DNA from: Chiloscyllium plagiosum
Lineage: Eukaryota
Assembly: GCF_004010195.1 (NCBI RefSeq)
Contig: NC_057719.1
Location: forward strand, 75,594,064 to 75,658,063
Reading direction: 5' to 3'
DNA: 64,000 nt
The notes beneath the pieces are model-generated. The model searched no databases, was not told the origin of the DNA, and was given only the letters and a program-made list of their open reading frames with translations. The position numbers and the translations under genes were made by a program. The stretch's first letter is position 1; each line of letters starts with the position of its first letter. Below, one piece after another: positions 39,660 to 53,085 of the stretch.

Positions 39660-40262
39660 AGTCCATGATTAGGGATGCCTTGCTGCACATATACAGGGCA
39701 TTGGTGAGGCCACACCTTGACTATAGTGTGCAGTTTTGGTCTCCTAGTCTGAGTCAGGACATTCTTGCCATTGAGGGAGTCCAGTGAAGGTTCACCAGCC
39801 TGATTCCCGGGATGGCAGGACTGACATATGAAGAAAGACTGGATCGACTGGGCTTGTACTTGCTGGAATTTAGAAGAATAAAGTGGAGGGAGTCTCATAG
39901 AGACATATACAATCCTGATGGGACTGAACAGGCTAGATATGCGAAAAATGTTTCCAGTCCTGAAATAGGAGTCACAATGTAAGAATAAGGGATAAACTAT
40001 TCAGGACTGAGATGAGGAAACATTTCTTTACTCAGAGAGTTTTGAACCTGTGGAAATCTCTACCACAGAAAGCAGTTGGAGCCAGTTTATTAGATATATT
40101 CAAGAGTGAGCTCTCTATACTCCTTGTGGCTAAAGGGATCAAGGGGTATGGAGAGAAGGCGTGAGTGGGATACTGAAATTGTACGATCAGCCACGATCAT
40201 GTTGAATGGTGGTGCAGGCTCGAAGGGCTGAAAGGCCTACTCCAGCACGTATTTTCTATGTT
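39660..40262 (+). mobile_element. CR1 LINE 3' fragment
   Basis: IYRALVRPHLDYSVQFWSP, EGVQ*RFTSLIPGM, FFTQRVLNLW. Confidence 0.95.
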
Positions 40263-41764
40263 TTGAAGTTTAATGGACAGCACGGTCTGTAGTTCAAAGT
40301 GAGAATGTTCCTGGTCTTCCAGGCTTCACAGTTTTTAAAATATCATTCTCCTGAGGTGGACTTTATTAACAAGAGCAGGATTTAGTGTTTGTCATGCACC
40401 CTCAATGTGTGAGTATTTTGTTAATGCAATGATTAGAATTGTACTTAGTGCTCCTAGGTTAAGTCTGCCTAATCAAATTATGAAACTTTAGCAGAGTATA
40501 GTTGTACTTCAATATGTTGACTGCATATCTTTAATTTGCCATTTGGAATTGTTAAGGAATTTAAATACTGAGATTTCCCAATTAATATTGAGTGCCCATC
40601 ATCAGGCAGAGTACAACCCAGGTCCTTGATTAGGTCATATTCTATTCTTCAATGAAGATTGTTGTGAGCTCTTCTTTTTCCACTTCCTTTCCCTCTTGTC
40701 CGAGTACTAGAAGTGTACTTCCAACTCCTTGACATGGATGAGTAATTCAATCTGTAAGGCAAGTGATTTCACTTGATCACTGCAAAATCAGCCCGTCTCC
40801 TCAAACAAGACTTTGATGGAGAAATTGCCTTTTCAAATAGGTCAGCTTCACTTTGTTATCCCCATGATGAGATCTCACTTCTGTCTCAGGACTGCAAATT
40901 GTTTCTGCCTCCCTGACAATTGCTAATAATTAAAGTTTTGCAAGTAGATTGGAATGCAGCATCCCTTGTGTATGAGGTCGGCAAAGATCTAAATTAAATC
41001 TGACACTTTATTGGGCATATCAGTATTCACGTTTGACATTTGAAGTACTTTTTGTATTTTGTATTATGTATTTGTTTTTTTAATTAAAATGTGAATTTGA
41101 TGAGAGTGAGGCTGGATTGTAAACATTTTAATTGAATGTAGATTTTTCACTAACTGTTCAGAGCTGCAGATTTCAGTGTAAAACAGTTAAGGGAAGTGAG
41201 AAAGGGAAATATTTGTGATGTAGGGTGGTACAATATTAATAAGACAGCAAATGTAATTTAAAAATAATCCCTAAAATCCTCTACTATTTTAAAAAATCAC
41301 AACTGAAGTCTTCTAATATGAATGAAGTGGAACCTTAAAGACTTCTGCAGTGATCAGATCCAAATTTTAAACATGTCACATGCTGCGTTTGGATGGTGCA
41401 GTTGTGTTGATAATGCACTGTTTTGTTAGTGTGAGTTGGTTTACAGTTCAACACATGTCTGTGATATACAGTAGGCTGGGCTCATTGCTCTGGGTGTGTG
41501 TGTGTGTGTGTGTGTGGGTGGATGGGTGTGAGTGTGTGTTTACTTGTACAAAGGACATATCTGTCAAGGAAGCTGGTGGAGTGTATTCTAAACTTTGTAC
41601 TTCACTCAAATTATCTTTAATACTTATTTTTCTTCTCAGTTATCCCTGACTCTTGCAGCTTTATCACGGCATGTGTTATTGAGGGATGAAATTATAAAAT
41701 ACTGATCTTTACAACATATCCCATGTTTTACTGATCTACACTATTTCTCTCTCCTCCCACACAG

Positions 41765-41809
41765 TGACTCCCTGTGCCCATCATCAGATGTGCTTCAGAG
41801 ACCACTGGG
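41765..41809 (+). CDS. Possible 45-nt internal exon (phase 2-2: DSLCPSSDVLQRPLG)
   Basis: Branch-like tactgat, tract ctatttctctctcctcccacacag, donor GG|gtgaga; no homology recognised. Confidence 0.25.
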
Positions 41810-43609
41810 GTGAGACTGGTCTCATTATGGAATGTCTATGTCAGTTGGATCCAGGTTTCTTGTCAGATGAGCTGAGGACATTTCAGGAGTATCTCATATT
41901 GTTCGGAGATGGGTTCTTCCCACTCTTATTTCAGATTTGGCTACTGGACACTTACAAAGGAATCTGTCCAACTGAACTTTTATTACATCTACTACAAATC
42001 AGGATATATTAGTAAGGAATTTTAAAGTTTGGTAAACACCTTCAGCTTTTACCATGCATTTTTTTTCTACGCAATTCTTACAACAGTAAGGTGGGAGAAA
42101 CAAGATCCTAAATGGAGATTCTTTCATTCCTTGCAAGATGTTAAAATGGCCATTTTTTTTGTCTGAACTGGAAACATGAGCTTTTGCTGGTCCCTTCACG
42201 TGAGAGAGGAGAGCAGAGGCTTTAATTTTTTACTAAACCTATTTGTACGAGAGTTAGATTTTGTGGATCTTTTCCATAGCCTGTGATTAGGGATTGACAC
42301 GGTGTCCCTCAGGTAACTGTAGAGCTGGAACCAACTGATGAGCAGACCTGTCATAATAAGTGATGGGAGTGGAATGGGGTGTTGGAAATCAATGGACTGG
42401 GTGTAGAAGCCCAGAGTGGAAAGGAAACTGTTGTCTTGCCTTCTAGCAGACTGCACAGGTGAAAGCTGCTTGACTGGATGCTTGGCACGGGTCTCTCCTG
42501 TAACACAATGGGCCCTTAACTGGACATTGATTGGTCACTGAAAGGATGAATTGGTCCATGGCTGGGAGGGTCTCCCAACAGCTACACCACGTTTGGTTGC
42601 AGTTGCTGCAGGGGCAGGCATGTAGGCAATGGGAACATGCCCATCATATCTTACAGTGGCCAGAGTCTGCCCACCAGCCTGCACTGTCAGGGTACTATCA
42701 AGACTGTAGTAGTTTTCAGCAATTCATTGGAGCCTTCCTCAGCAAGAGCGGTCTGCTTAAAAGCACTTCACTCACCGTTGGTTGGTTTATAACTCCAAAG
42801 GACCTTTCAGTCGGCTCCAGAAATTAGTCTGTGGAAGAACGGGTTTCCACACCTGAGGACGTGGTGAACAATTCAGCAGGGCAGAAGGGAGTGAGAGCCC
42901 GGTAAGTATGGATGGTGTGGACATCTCATTGCACTTTGTGACCGTACGGACTTCCATCGCTTGGAATCCTTTACCGGGTGCACGTTTGCTTGAGGTTTTT
43001 GCTTTTGTTTTACCTGATGAAACTAGGTTGCAACAAGTTACAGACGTGCCACACAACAACTCAGTTCTCAGTGACCTGCTGGACAGGAAAAATGTGTCAC
43101 CTTGGAGCCCTCTTACTGGATCAGAGTTTCACACAGTGTGTGTCTTCAGGGAGCATTTCACTTGTATTATCCTTTAAAAGAAGTGAAACAGTTTCATATT
43201 TTATTTGTGATTTTTAACGTGATAATCTAATAATTGATGCATCAGTTCAGACATTCATTACCAAAGCAAAGTGTCGCAGGTGCAGGAGATCAGAAATAAA
43301 AACAGAGTTCACTGGAGAAATTCAGCAGGTCTGGCCGCATCTGTAAGAGAGAGAGAAAAACAGAGAGAATGTTTCCAGTCCAAATTGACTCATCATTGCA
43401 ATGTTCTTTCACAAGTGACCCTCATAGAGGGTCACTTAGCTCAGTAAGTTGGACAGATGGTTTGAAATACAGAACGACGACAGCAAGAGCAGTTTCAAAT
43501 CCCACACCGAGTGAGGTCACCTTTAATGTCCCACCATCTTGTCCCTTGCTTGGTGATTATGTTCATAGATGTGGCAGTAACACAAAGGCTTATGTCTACA
43601 ACAGCGCAC

Positions 43610-44160
43610 TATCAATTCTATATAGGAATTGGGAGGTCATGTTACGGCTGTACAGGACATTGGTTAGGCCACTTTTAGATTACTGCTTTCAAATTCTGGT
43701 CTCCCTGCTATAGGGAGGATGTTGTGAAAAATGAAAGGATTCAGAAAAGATATACAAGGATGTTGTCAGGGTTGGAGGATTTAAGCCATGGGAAGAGGCT
43801 GGGACTGTTTTCTCTGGAACGTTGGAGGCTGAGGGGTGACCTTATAGAGGTTTACAAAATTATGAGGGGCGTGGATAGGATAAATAGGTAAGGTCTTTGG
43901 CCCACTGTTGTGGTGTCTAAAACCAGCGGGCATAGATTTAAGGTGAGAGGAGGAGGATTTAAAGGGGACTTGCCCCTTTTTACCCGGAAAGTAATGGTGT
44001 ATGGAATGAGCTGCCTGAGGAAGTGTTGGAGGCTGGTACAACTACAACATTTAAAAGGCATCTGGACAGCTATATGAATAGAAAGGATTTAGAGGGATAC
44101 GGGCTAAATGCTGGCAAATGGGGCTAGATTAGGTTACGATATCTGGTCCGCATGGACAGG
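43610..44160 (+). mobile_element. CR1/HER1 LINE 3' fragment
   Basis: YRNWEVMLRLYRTLVRPLLDYC, RLRGDLIEVYKIMRG. Confidence 0.95.
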
Positions 44161-44802
44161 AAGAAATGGTAAGTTAAGCGGTGGCAGGTAAGAGGGATCA
44201 CATTTGTTCACTTGATGTAGGCTAGAAGAGATAAATGATTCACTTTTAAATGTGTGGATCTTATGATGAGAATTGAATTCTCCCTGTGGGCCTGGATCCT
44301 GCGTTTCAACTCTGCTTTAACACAATCCCACTCTTTTGTGGCATTCGAGTAAAAATAAAGTACTGCAAATTCTGGCAATCTGAAGTAAAAACAGAAGGGG
44401 CTGGAGAAACCCAGCAGTTCAGGCAGCATCTGCGAAGAGCGAAATAGAATTAACATCTCGAGTTTGACATGACATCTCTTTGGAGCTCTTGCGGCACTAG
44501 AGACTCAGAGGATACACTGAATTGTGACATTTCAGGCATGATGGCTGACAAAAAGAGATGGCCGAGATTCCTTTTTGACCCACAAGATTCTGTCCATCGC
44601 CTCCAACATCTCCCTGATGTAATTCAGAACAGAAAATACCGACATATCTGAGCTGTAGTATTTTAACTGAACCAAATTTGGGATTTCTGATGGTTAACTC
44701 AAGTTGGATGTTGTGCAGCACTCTTTCTTCTGATTTCAGTTTGACACACATTTAATGTGTGCAAATTCCCACTTTCAGTTGGCAAGTCATACAAATATGT
44801 GA

Positions 44803-45020
44803 AATGGAATATTGCGTGCAATTCTGGTCTCCCTCCTGTTGGAAGGATGTTGTGAAACTTGAAATGGTTCAGGAAAGATTTACAAGGATGTTGCCAGGGT
44901 TGGAGGGTTTGAGGTATACGGAGAGGCCAAATGCAAGCAAATGTGACTAGCTGAGTTTGGGAAAATTGGTCGGCATGGGTGAGTTGGATTGAAGGGTGTG
45001 CTTCCGTGTTGTATGACTCT
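44803..45020 (+). mobile_element. Internally deleted CR1 3' fragment
   Basis: EYCVQFWSP...RFTRMLPGLEGL joined to 3' UTR. Confidence 0.9.
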
Positions 45021-45974
45021 ATTATGTTATAGTGTCAATGCCCAAGAGTTTGCAGATAATATTTGTGCTTTTATCAGCCAAACAAGTTGACATGCTCTCG
45101 CTATGCCAAGGTAGGTGGTCACAGTGGAACAGCTATGTTTGGTAGCTGCAGCATAACAGCTACCTCATTTTAAAAGACTGTGATTTGTGCCAGGAGTAAG
45201 CACCATCTGCATTCCAAGGGACTAATGTACAGACAAAGTTTTTGTATAATACATACTGAAGCGCATTTTTTTGTTGTTTTGTTCGTGAACCTACGGTGTC
45301 CACAGCCTTAACTCCATCTGTATGAGCTTAAAAATTGCTGTGAAATACTTGAAACAAGATTTTCTTTTAAAAAAAGACCAATAAAAATAAAAAAAAACCT
45401 GGACAACATCATCATCGTCATCATCGTCATCATATTTAACGTCAATTTCAACTTCTGGAGATTACTGCTGATTAAAGACAGTCCGTTATAGTTATATACT
45501 CAAATGTCTTGCAGAGTGTAACGTCATTTATGAAAATGAATGCCCTACAGCAACATTGACTCCAATGCTCATGTAATTCTTCTACTCATCCTCTGTCGCT
45601 GACAGCACCTTCAGCAGTCTGTTTCTTCCATTGCTTTTGAGTCCAGCAGATGGAAGTCTGAGTTGTTTCCGTAACATTTCAGGCAGGTCATTAGCCTGAC
45701 TTATAAATGCCTGCCAAGAGATGTCTGTGTGATTAAGCTGTTAAAATATTGGCACTATTGTGCATTGTACCAAAAGAAACTCATTTAAATGCAAATAGGC
45801 CCCTCCACGCTCTTGTCATTATAAGCAAAGGTAACAATTTCAACAAAAGAAAAAATGTGGTGGATTCTTTGTCTTTTCCCTCCATGTTTTTCAATAAATG
45901 TGTAATACAGTGGAAGTGATTGATTATCTTGGCATGGCTTGTAGAGTGGCAGGAAAGATTAGAGGGAACATAAG

Positions 45975-46091
45975 TACACAGTCAAAGTCTTACATAAAAT
46001 ACACAGTCTATGTCTTTCATACGAAACACAGTCCATGTCTTACACACAATACATGTCTTACATACGATATATAGTCCATGTCTTACATTCG
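45975..46091. repeat. Degenerate ~24-bp minisatellite (tacacagtccatgtcttacatacga-like), about 5 units
   Basis: Repeated agtc(c/t)atgtctt(a/t)ca. Confidence 0.8.
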
Positions 46092-46520
46092 AAGAGCAGA
46101 ATGAGCAGGACGTCAAAGAGTTTCAGTTTTCTGGCTCACCCCTCTTCATGCCCAGACTGAAGGTTGCCAAAGGCTACACTAACTTTGGCAATTCTTTCAG
46201 TTGAGCGTACACAGTGCAAAAGAGAGGCTGCTGCTGGTATAAGTGAACTTCTTCACTTCCAACAGGTTCTGGTCATCGTCTGAACCTTGAACTCAAGCTC
46301 GTGTTTTCCAGGAGCAATCTGTAAAGGACTTCAGTTTTGTCCATGCTGGATGGTGAGGCCAAAGTTTTCACGTGAGTTGGAGAATGGGAATGTTGGGCTT
46401 CCGAGTGGGCACTGTCAAACACCCACACCAAACTAAGACAGTGTGCCACACTGACCATGTAGCCAGAATGCCTGTCGTTGGCTCCCCAAAGCCAACTTGC
46501 TGCAGTAGTACTTCCCAAAC
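46090..46520 (-). mobile_element. RTE-clade LINE, RT/thumb segment (antisense)
   Basis: rc across frameshifts: AHSEAQ, ENFGLTI/SMDKTEVLY, VKKFTY, RIAKVSVAFGNL, LLILLFEC. Confidence 0.75.
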
Positions 46521-46599
46521 CCTATCCCTTCTGCTTTGAAGCTTGGAACATGTTGTGACCCCTCATTGGGCCAGAGGACTGCTGTACAGCTGTAACCAC

Positions 46600-46964
46600 T
46601 TGGCTAGAATTCCATGGAAGTCACTGCTGCCTCAATCCTCATCATCCCAAAATGGCAGTTCACGGTGAGACTTGGCGTTCTCAGTGCAGCTTGGGAAGTC
46701 CGGTTCTGTGGTCAGCTTGGTCCAAAGATACACTTTTGTGGGTGGTCAAATCAAGCACTACAAGGACAGTGCAAAGATCTACTTCAGAATTTTGATTCTG
46801 ACTTCACTCAAAGTGCACAACAATCTTTGGAAACAAGTGCCAGAAAAGAGGCAAAAAGACAACACAAAGGGAGGAAATGTGAGCCAACTACTTCCCGAAA
46901 GTTCCACTGACTGCAGTGTCCTGTCCTATTTACAGCAGAACCTTCCAAACACATCCATCTCGAC
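46600..46964 (+). mobile_element. RTE-clade LINE, C-terminal segment (sense)
   Basis: VGGQIKHYKDSAK (cf. GGQKKRYKDTLK), EAKRQHK, zinc-finger remnant CPIYSRTFQTH. Confidence 0.7.
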
Positions 46965-48157
46965 TGTCATGAAACCTTGATTCAACAAAGAACAAGTTAG
47001 AGGAAAAGAGGAAGGCTTTGTGATTTGATTCTCAAATAAAGGAAACATTTCACCGATCACAGAGTGTTCACACAAGGGCATCCCAAGGATGCACAAGGCC
47101 TGATTTCTCTTTGGCCAGTGATTTGTTGTCTGGTGACTTCTGCTGTGATTACTAAAAAAGAACATCGTATGCAACAAAGGTCAATTTCCTTTGAATAGCT
47201 TACGTGGTGTTTAAACCTGTGGTGACCCTTCAGTGAGGGGATGCCTCCTGTTGTGGGGCATCCTAGAACGAGAGGTCATAACCTTAAGGTAAGGGGTAGA
47301 AAATTTAGAACAGAGTTGAGACACTAATTCTCCCAAAGGGTTGTGACTCTACGGAATTTGCTACTCCAAAGTGGGGTGGATGCTGGGACAGTGAGTAAAT
47401 TTAAGGAGGAGTTAGACAGATTTTTAATTGGTAATGGGTTGAAGGGATATGGAGACAAGGCAGGAAAATGAGGATAAGGAGTACATCAGCCATGATCGAA
47501 TGGCAGGGCAGACTCGATGGACCGAATGGCCTAATTCTGTTCCTATATCTTATGGGCTTATGAACATACCTACTAAAAATCCAGGTCTCCTTCATCTCGA
47601 TAAACAAACAAGTGATGATCTTCAGGCCTGTATGTGGTGGAACAGCCTTAAGAGTTTCCCCCACAATTGTTTAAACAATGCATACTCGGACATCATGTTG
47701 TGGTTTGTTTTCAAACGTTTTTTTTGCGAGTTCTTAAAAATGGTGAGATTTTCTGACCTACTGCTCTGTGACAAATCTTGAGTAATTCCGCGAAGTGCAG
47801 TGTCAAGATTGTCACAATGTTGAGGGCACCTTGCAGTTCTTAGCGAGCGGCCAAGTCCCATCAAAACCCTTGTCTCCTCCCAATTAAACACCACGTAAGC
47901 TACTCAAAGGAAAATGACATCATCGTTGCATAAAATGTACTGTTCTATTAATCACAGCAGAAGTCACCAGACAACAAATGACGAAAATACAGCAGTCAAG
48001 TTACTGGCCAACAGAGAAATCAGGCGTCGTGCATCCTTGGAATGCCCTTGTGTGAACCCTTGTGATCGGTGAAATGTTTTCTTTATTTGAGAATCAAATC
48101 AGAAAGACTTCCTTTTTTCCTCTAACTTGTTCTTTAGTGAATCAAGCTTTCATGACA
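46965..48157. mobile_element. Unclassified non-autonomous element with ~250-bp inverted repeats (TGTCATGAAA...TTTCATGACA)
   Basis: Arms 46965-47214 and 47884-48157 are diverged reverse complements; no clear TSD. Confidence 0.75.
47225..47555 (+). mobile_element. CR1 3' fragment nested in the TIR element
   Basis: RTRGHNLKVRG..FRTELR, KFKEELDRFLIGNGLKGYG, standard tail. Confidence 0.9.
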
Positions 48158-48217
48158 ACCCTTCAGAAGATTTGCAACAATAACATACGGGCGGTGTGTC
48201 TCTGGCAATTGTCCTGC

Positions 48218-51200
48218 AGTGGTGCTGGAAAAGCACAGCAGGTCAGGCAGAATTCGAGGAGCAGGACAGTCGACGTTTTGAGCTTAAGCTCTTCATCAGG
48301 AATGTGGGGGAGGCCCAAAGGCGCTGAGAGATGTTAAGGTGGGAGGAGGAGAATTGAGAAAACTGGTGAAATCAGCATTGATCCCTCGTGGTTGGCGGGT
48401 CTTAAGGCGATCTTCCTCCAGGTATCAGGTGGCTCGAATTTGGCGGTGGAGGAGGCCCAGGACTTGTATATTCTTGGCGGAGTGGAAGTGTTTGGTACAG
48501 GGTGATGGGGTTGCTTAGTGCGTGTGTCCCAGAGATGTCCCCTGAAACATTCCGCAAGTTGGTGCCGTGTCTCCCAAAGTAGAGGCGACTCCATTGGGAA
48601 CAACGGACATGGTAGATGACATGTGTAGGAAAATCTCTGCTGGGTGTGGAAGGATCCTTTGGAGCCTTGGATGGAGGTAAGGGGGGGGGGGGAGGTGTGG
48701 GCACAGGTTTTACACCTCTTGCAGTGGCAAGGGAAGGTGCCGGGAGTGGAGGATGGGTTGGTGAGGTGCGTGGACCTAATGTGGGGGTCGCAGAGGGAAT
48801 GGTCTCTGTGGAACGCATATAGGGATGGGGATGGAAATATATCTGTGGTGCTGGAGGTCTCTTTGTAGGTGGTGGAAATGGCAGAGGATGATGCATTGTA
48901 TCCGGAAGTTGGTGCGGTGGAAGCTGAGGACTGAGGGAGGGGTTCTGTTCTTGTTGCAGTTGGAGAGGCGGGGTTCGAGGGCAGAGGTGTGAGAAATGGA
49001 GGAAATGCGCTGGAGGGCATCGTTGACCATGTAGGAGGGGAAATTGAGGTCCATGAAGAAGGAGACCATCTGGGATGTTCTCTGGTGGAATTGGTCCTCC
49101 TGGGAGCAGATACAGCAGAGACGGAGGAATTGGGAATAAGGGATAGCATAAGGAGGCAGAATGGGAGGAGGTGTAGTCCAGGTGGCTGTGGGAGTTGGTG
49201 GGTTTGAAGTAGATGTCTGTGTTGAGTTGGTCACTAGAAATGGAGATGGAGAGGTCCAGGAAGTGGAGGGAGGTGCCTGAGATGGTTCAGGTGAACTTGA
49301 GGCCAGGGTGGAAGGTGTTGGTGAAGTTGATGAACTGTTCAACGAGCTCGTGGGAGTACGAGATGACACCACATACAGTCATCAATGTAGTGGAGGAAAA
49401 GGTGGGGAATGGTGTTGGTGTAACTGCAGAAGAAGGACTGTTCCATGTACCAGATGAAGAGACAGGCATAGCCATGGCTACCCCTTTGGTCTGGAAGAAA
49501 TTGGAGGATTCGAAGGAGAAATTGTTGAGGGTGAGGACCAGTTCAGTCAATCAAATGAGTATGGCGGTGGAAGGGTACTGATTCATAGAATCTCAAGAGT
49601 CTGGAAACAGGACCTTCAGCCCCACAATCCACGCCGACCTTCCAAAGAATGACCCACCCAGACCCATTCCCCTAGCCTATGACTCAACATTTACCTCTGA
49701 GTAATGCACCTAACTCACACATCCCTGAACACTATGGACAACATAGCATGGCCAATTCACCTGACCTGCACATCTTTGGATTGTGTGAGGAAACCGGAGC
49801 ACCCAGAGGAAACCCATGCAGACATGGGGAGAATGTGCAAACTCCACACAGACAGTCACCCAAGGCTGGAATAGAACCTGGGTCCCTAGCACTGTGAGGC
49901 AGCAGTGCTAACCACTGAGCCACCGTGCCGCTCGGTTGGGTCGGCATGAGAGGAAGAAATGGAGGGCTTGGAGGTATTTGTCATGGTGCATGAATGTGTA
50001 TAGGGACTAGATGTCCATGGTGAAGATGAGGCATTAGGGGCATGGAGGAGCTATAGGGAGTAGGTAGTCTCTCAAATGAATGTAGGGAGATCCTGGACCA
50101 AATGGGACAGGACTGTGTCAAGGTAGGCAGAGATAAGTTCAGTGGGGCAGGAGCAGGCCAAGATGATGGGTCAACCAGGGCAGTCAGGTTTGTGAATTTT
50201 GGGTAAGAGGTAGAACCGGGCGGTGTGGGGTTCCTGGACTATGAGGTTGGAGGCTGTTAGTGGCAGATCTCCTGAGGTGATGAGGTTGTGGGTGGTCTGA
50301 GAGATGATGGTTTGATGATTGGAGGTGAGGTTGTGGTTAAAGGGGGCAGTAGGAGGAGGTGTCCGCAAGGTGACCACAATGGAGTAGTGGTCGGTGTGCC
50401 AAACTACCATTGTGTCCCCTTGTCTGCAGGTTTGATGGTGAGGTCGTGGTTGGAGTAGAGGGCTGCGCATTGTGAGGGTGAGAGGTTGGAGTGGGTGAGG
50501 GGGGGTGGACAAGTTGAAGCGGTTAATGTCACAGTGACAGTTGGAGATGAAGAGATCGAGGGTGAGTAACAGACCAGCATGGGGCATCCAAGTGCATGGA
50601 GGTGGGAGAAGGGGGTCCTCGAAGGGTGGGTGGGAATCCTTATGGAAAAAGTAAGCATGGAGGCAGAGGCGGCCGAAGAAAAATTCAATGTTGCACTGCG
50701 TGTTGAATTCATTGATCTGGGTGCATGGTGGGATGAAGGTGAGGTCTTTACTGAGGACTGATCGTTCATTCTGGGTGAGGGGGAGGTCAGCGGGAATGGT
50801 TATAAAAAAGATGGGGGTAGGAGCTGGGTCCTGGTGTGGGGCTGGAGTTGGGAGTGTGGGCGGAGACTGTCTCTGTAGTTGGTGTGGTTATAGGATTATG
50901 TGTAATGTCACCAATGGAGATGATGCGTATCATGGGGGTCAAGAGTGCGGATGCCGTGCATTCAGTGGCATCTGCGGGGGCGGAAATGATGTTCCATGTG
51001 ATGTTTGTGATATCTTTGGTGGTGGCTGGGTATTCACCGGCGGTGAGTGATGTTGGTGAGGGCGGAATTGGCTGAGGCAGCTGCAACTACAGGGCGGAAG
51101 TGACATGCTGGGGAGACTTCGCGATGGTTTTGGTGGTGGTCGTTGTTGCAGTGGTCGGGGAGGCAGTATTTTTGATTGTAGCTGTGGTTTGTGGGGTGGT

Positions 51201-51230
51201 GGCGGCCAGTACAATAGGTTAACATCTCAT
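48218..51230 (-). mobile_element. Long Penelope-like element (N-terminal region, RT, GIY-YIG, pLTR), decayed, with nested HE1
   Basis: ARFYLLPKIHKPDCPG, IKPADKG, QTKGVAM, YIDD, FTNTFHPGLKFT, AIPYSQFLRL, FPCHCKRCKTC; rc hammerhead motif 48268-48303. Confidence 0.95.
49583..49930 (-). mobile_element. HE1 SINE inside Penelope RT
   Basis: Full HE1 structure; Penelope sequence resumes on both sides. Confidence 0.95.
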
Positions 51231-52298
51231 AGCCAAGTCTGCTTTCTTTGTAGCTAGTGGCTGTAAATGGATGAGCATATCTATGAGAATAGCTACCTAA
51301 TCCCTTGCTTGTGACTATGTTTATCAGGATTATTTTTGGTGTTCCAAATGATGGATATTTGTTGCATCTCTACCTCTTGAACCATGGAGTAAACCTTTTA
51401 CATCATGCCCCAAAACCTCTTGCTAGACTAATGAATGATGCTCACTGTTAGTTCGGCCTGTTCTTGCTTTAGTAAATCAGGGCAAGCCGGATTTAGTAGT
51501 TCTCAACCTGGTGAGGGAGGTGGGTTGGAAAGGAAATGGCCTGCTCACTCCTACCTCCTGCTGTCTCTGCTGAATTGAATGTTGGACGCAAGGTGGTAGG
51601 CCAGGCGGCATTGGTGAGAGACTGGGATCTCACTGAGGATGTTCAACTTACAGGGGGTTATACCCAAACAGGAAGTTGGGAATAGCTACAGATTTAAAGG
51701 TCCCCTCCTAGCTCTCTGAATGTTCCTTTGTTTCATTTGAAAAACATCACTAAAATGAACTCAGGGATTATCCAAATGCCATCCACTTTCAGATTCTGGT
51801 GTGACATGAAGTCATAGTCCCCACTGTATCTCCCTGATGTAGAGCAATCCCATACTCTTTTGTGTCCCATTCCCAGAAAATGCACTGGACTGTGAAAAGT
51901 TGCACTTAACAAGCTCAATGGCTGGATAACTGGTCATTTTAAGCCTCTGATTTCTGTGCCATCCCCCACCCCCCCACCACCTAATTTCTAAGACGGGTGT
52001 GATGACTGTTATCTGCTAGTGACCATCTCCCCCGCGCTCACTGTATCAGAGCTCTGGCTGTTGGCCATCCAGTGGAGAAGTGGCCATTTACAAATGTGAC
52101 CATTTACAAATCAAACCTTGTTGTCGGGTCTTCCATTCTCTCTCACTACTTCTCTCCCTCTTTAGAGGCTAGTGGGACTGTTAATGTCCAATCAGTGAAG
52201 AGCTCCCCTAATGGCCCTCCAGATTAGGGGTCACTGCTTGGCCTGAGGCTTTGAGGGGTTGTGAGAACATGGTCGGGGGCATGAATTAGCAGGAAGGG

Positions 52299-52358
52299 CC
52301 CCCCTACAACCCACCCTCCCACCCTGGCACCTTCCCCTGCCACTGTAGGAATTGCAAA
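52299..52358 (+). repeat. Isolated 60-bp internal Penelope fragment
   Basis: 58/60 identical to 54589-54648; flanks unrelated to Penelope. Confidence 0.9.
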
Positions 52359-53085
52359 TGGTTCCCTCATTCAAACTCTGGTTCATGTTGTGTGTGCAGT
52401 GATGCCAACCAGTGCCAGCTGGTGATGGGCTTGTTTGATGCCATCATCCTCTTTCCTTGACTGGGTCTGAGGGTCAGCTAGATTTATGGTGCTGAGGGAA
52501 ATCTGCAGTGAGTGTTCACGAGACGAGGCTCCCCGGAGTAGTTTATTCTGTGACAGCAACCAGCAACAAATTACAATAGCAACATGGATGTTGCTACAGA
52601 GACTATGAGAAGACCTAGGATGTAGGCATTCGTCTTCAAAAACCCTAAGCTGCTCTTCCTTCCAATGCCCAATGGTGTCTTCACATTAATCAGTGTAGAA
52701 ATTAATGTAGTCTCCAATATTAACCCTTTCAGAACCGTTACCTTGCACTGTTACCTTGCAACTGTTACAATGCACCATGCCTCTGAGTTGCCATGAACCT
52801 ACAGTCCTTGATTCTAAGAAGGTTGTGGAAGTCTTGGGAGATGCCAGTCCCCCTATGGTGCTGGCTGGGTCGGGAGTGCATGATGCAGGCATTGGGACAA
52901 TAACCAGCCTACGTACTCCAAAGGCCTATTGGAAATTGGAAAGCCACAGGGACAGGGGTAGGGAATCCTGCCATTGGGTCACTATTTTCATCCCTCTCCA
53001 ATTCCATGAACACTATATTCGCACCTTCGCAATTCTGTGAACATCTGGCCCATTACCTTGAGCATTTATCTTCTGATTTCTGCAG

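Noticed and set aside
43013..43030. cctgatgaaactagg as a hammerhead
   Set aside because: No stem II between CTGATGA and GAAA
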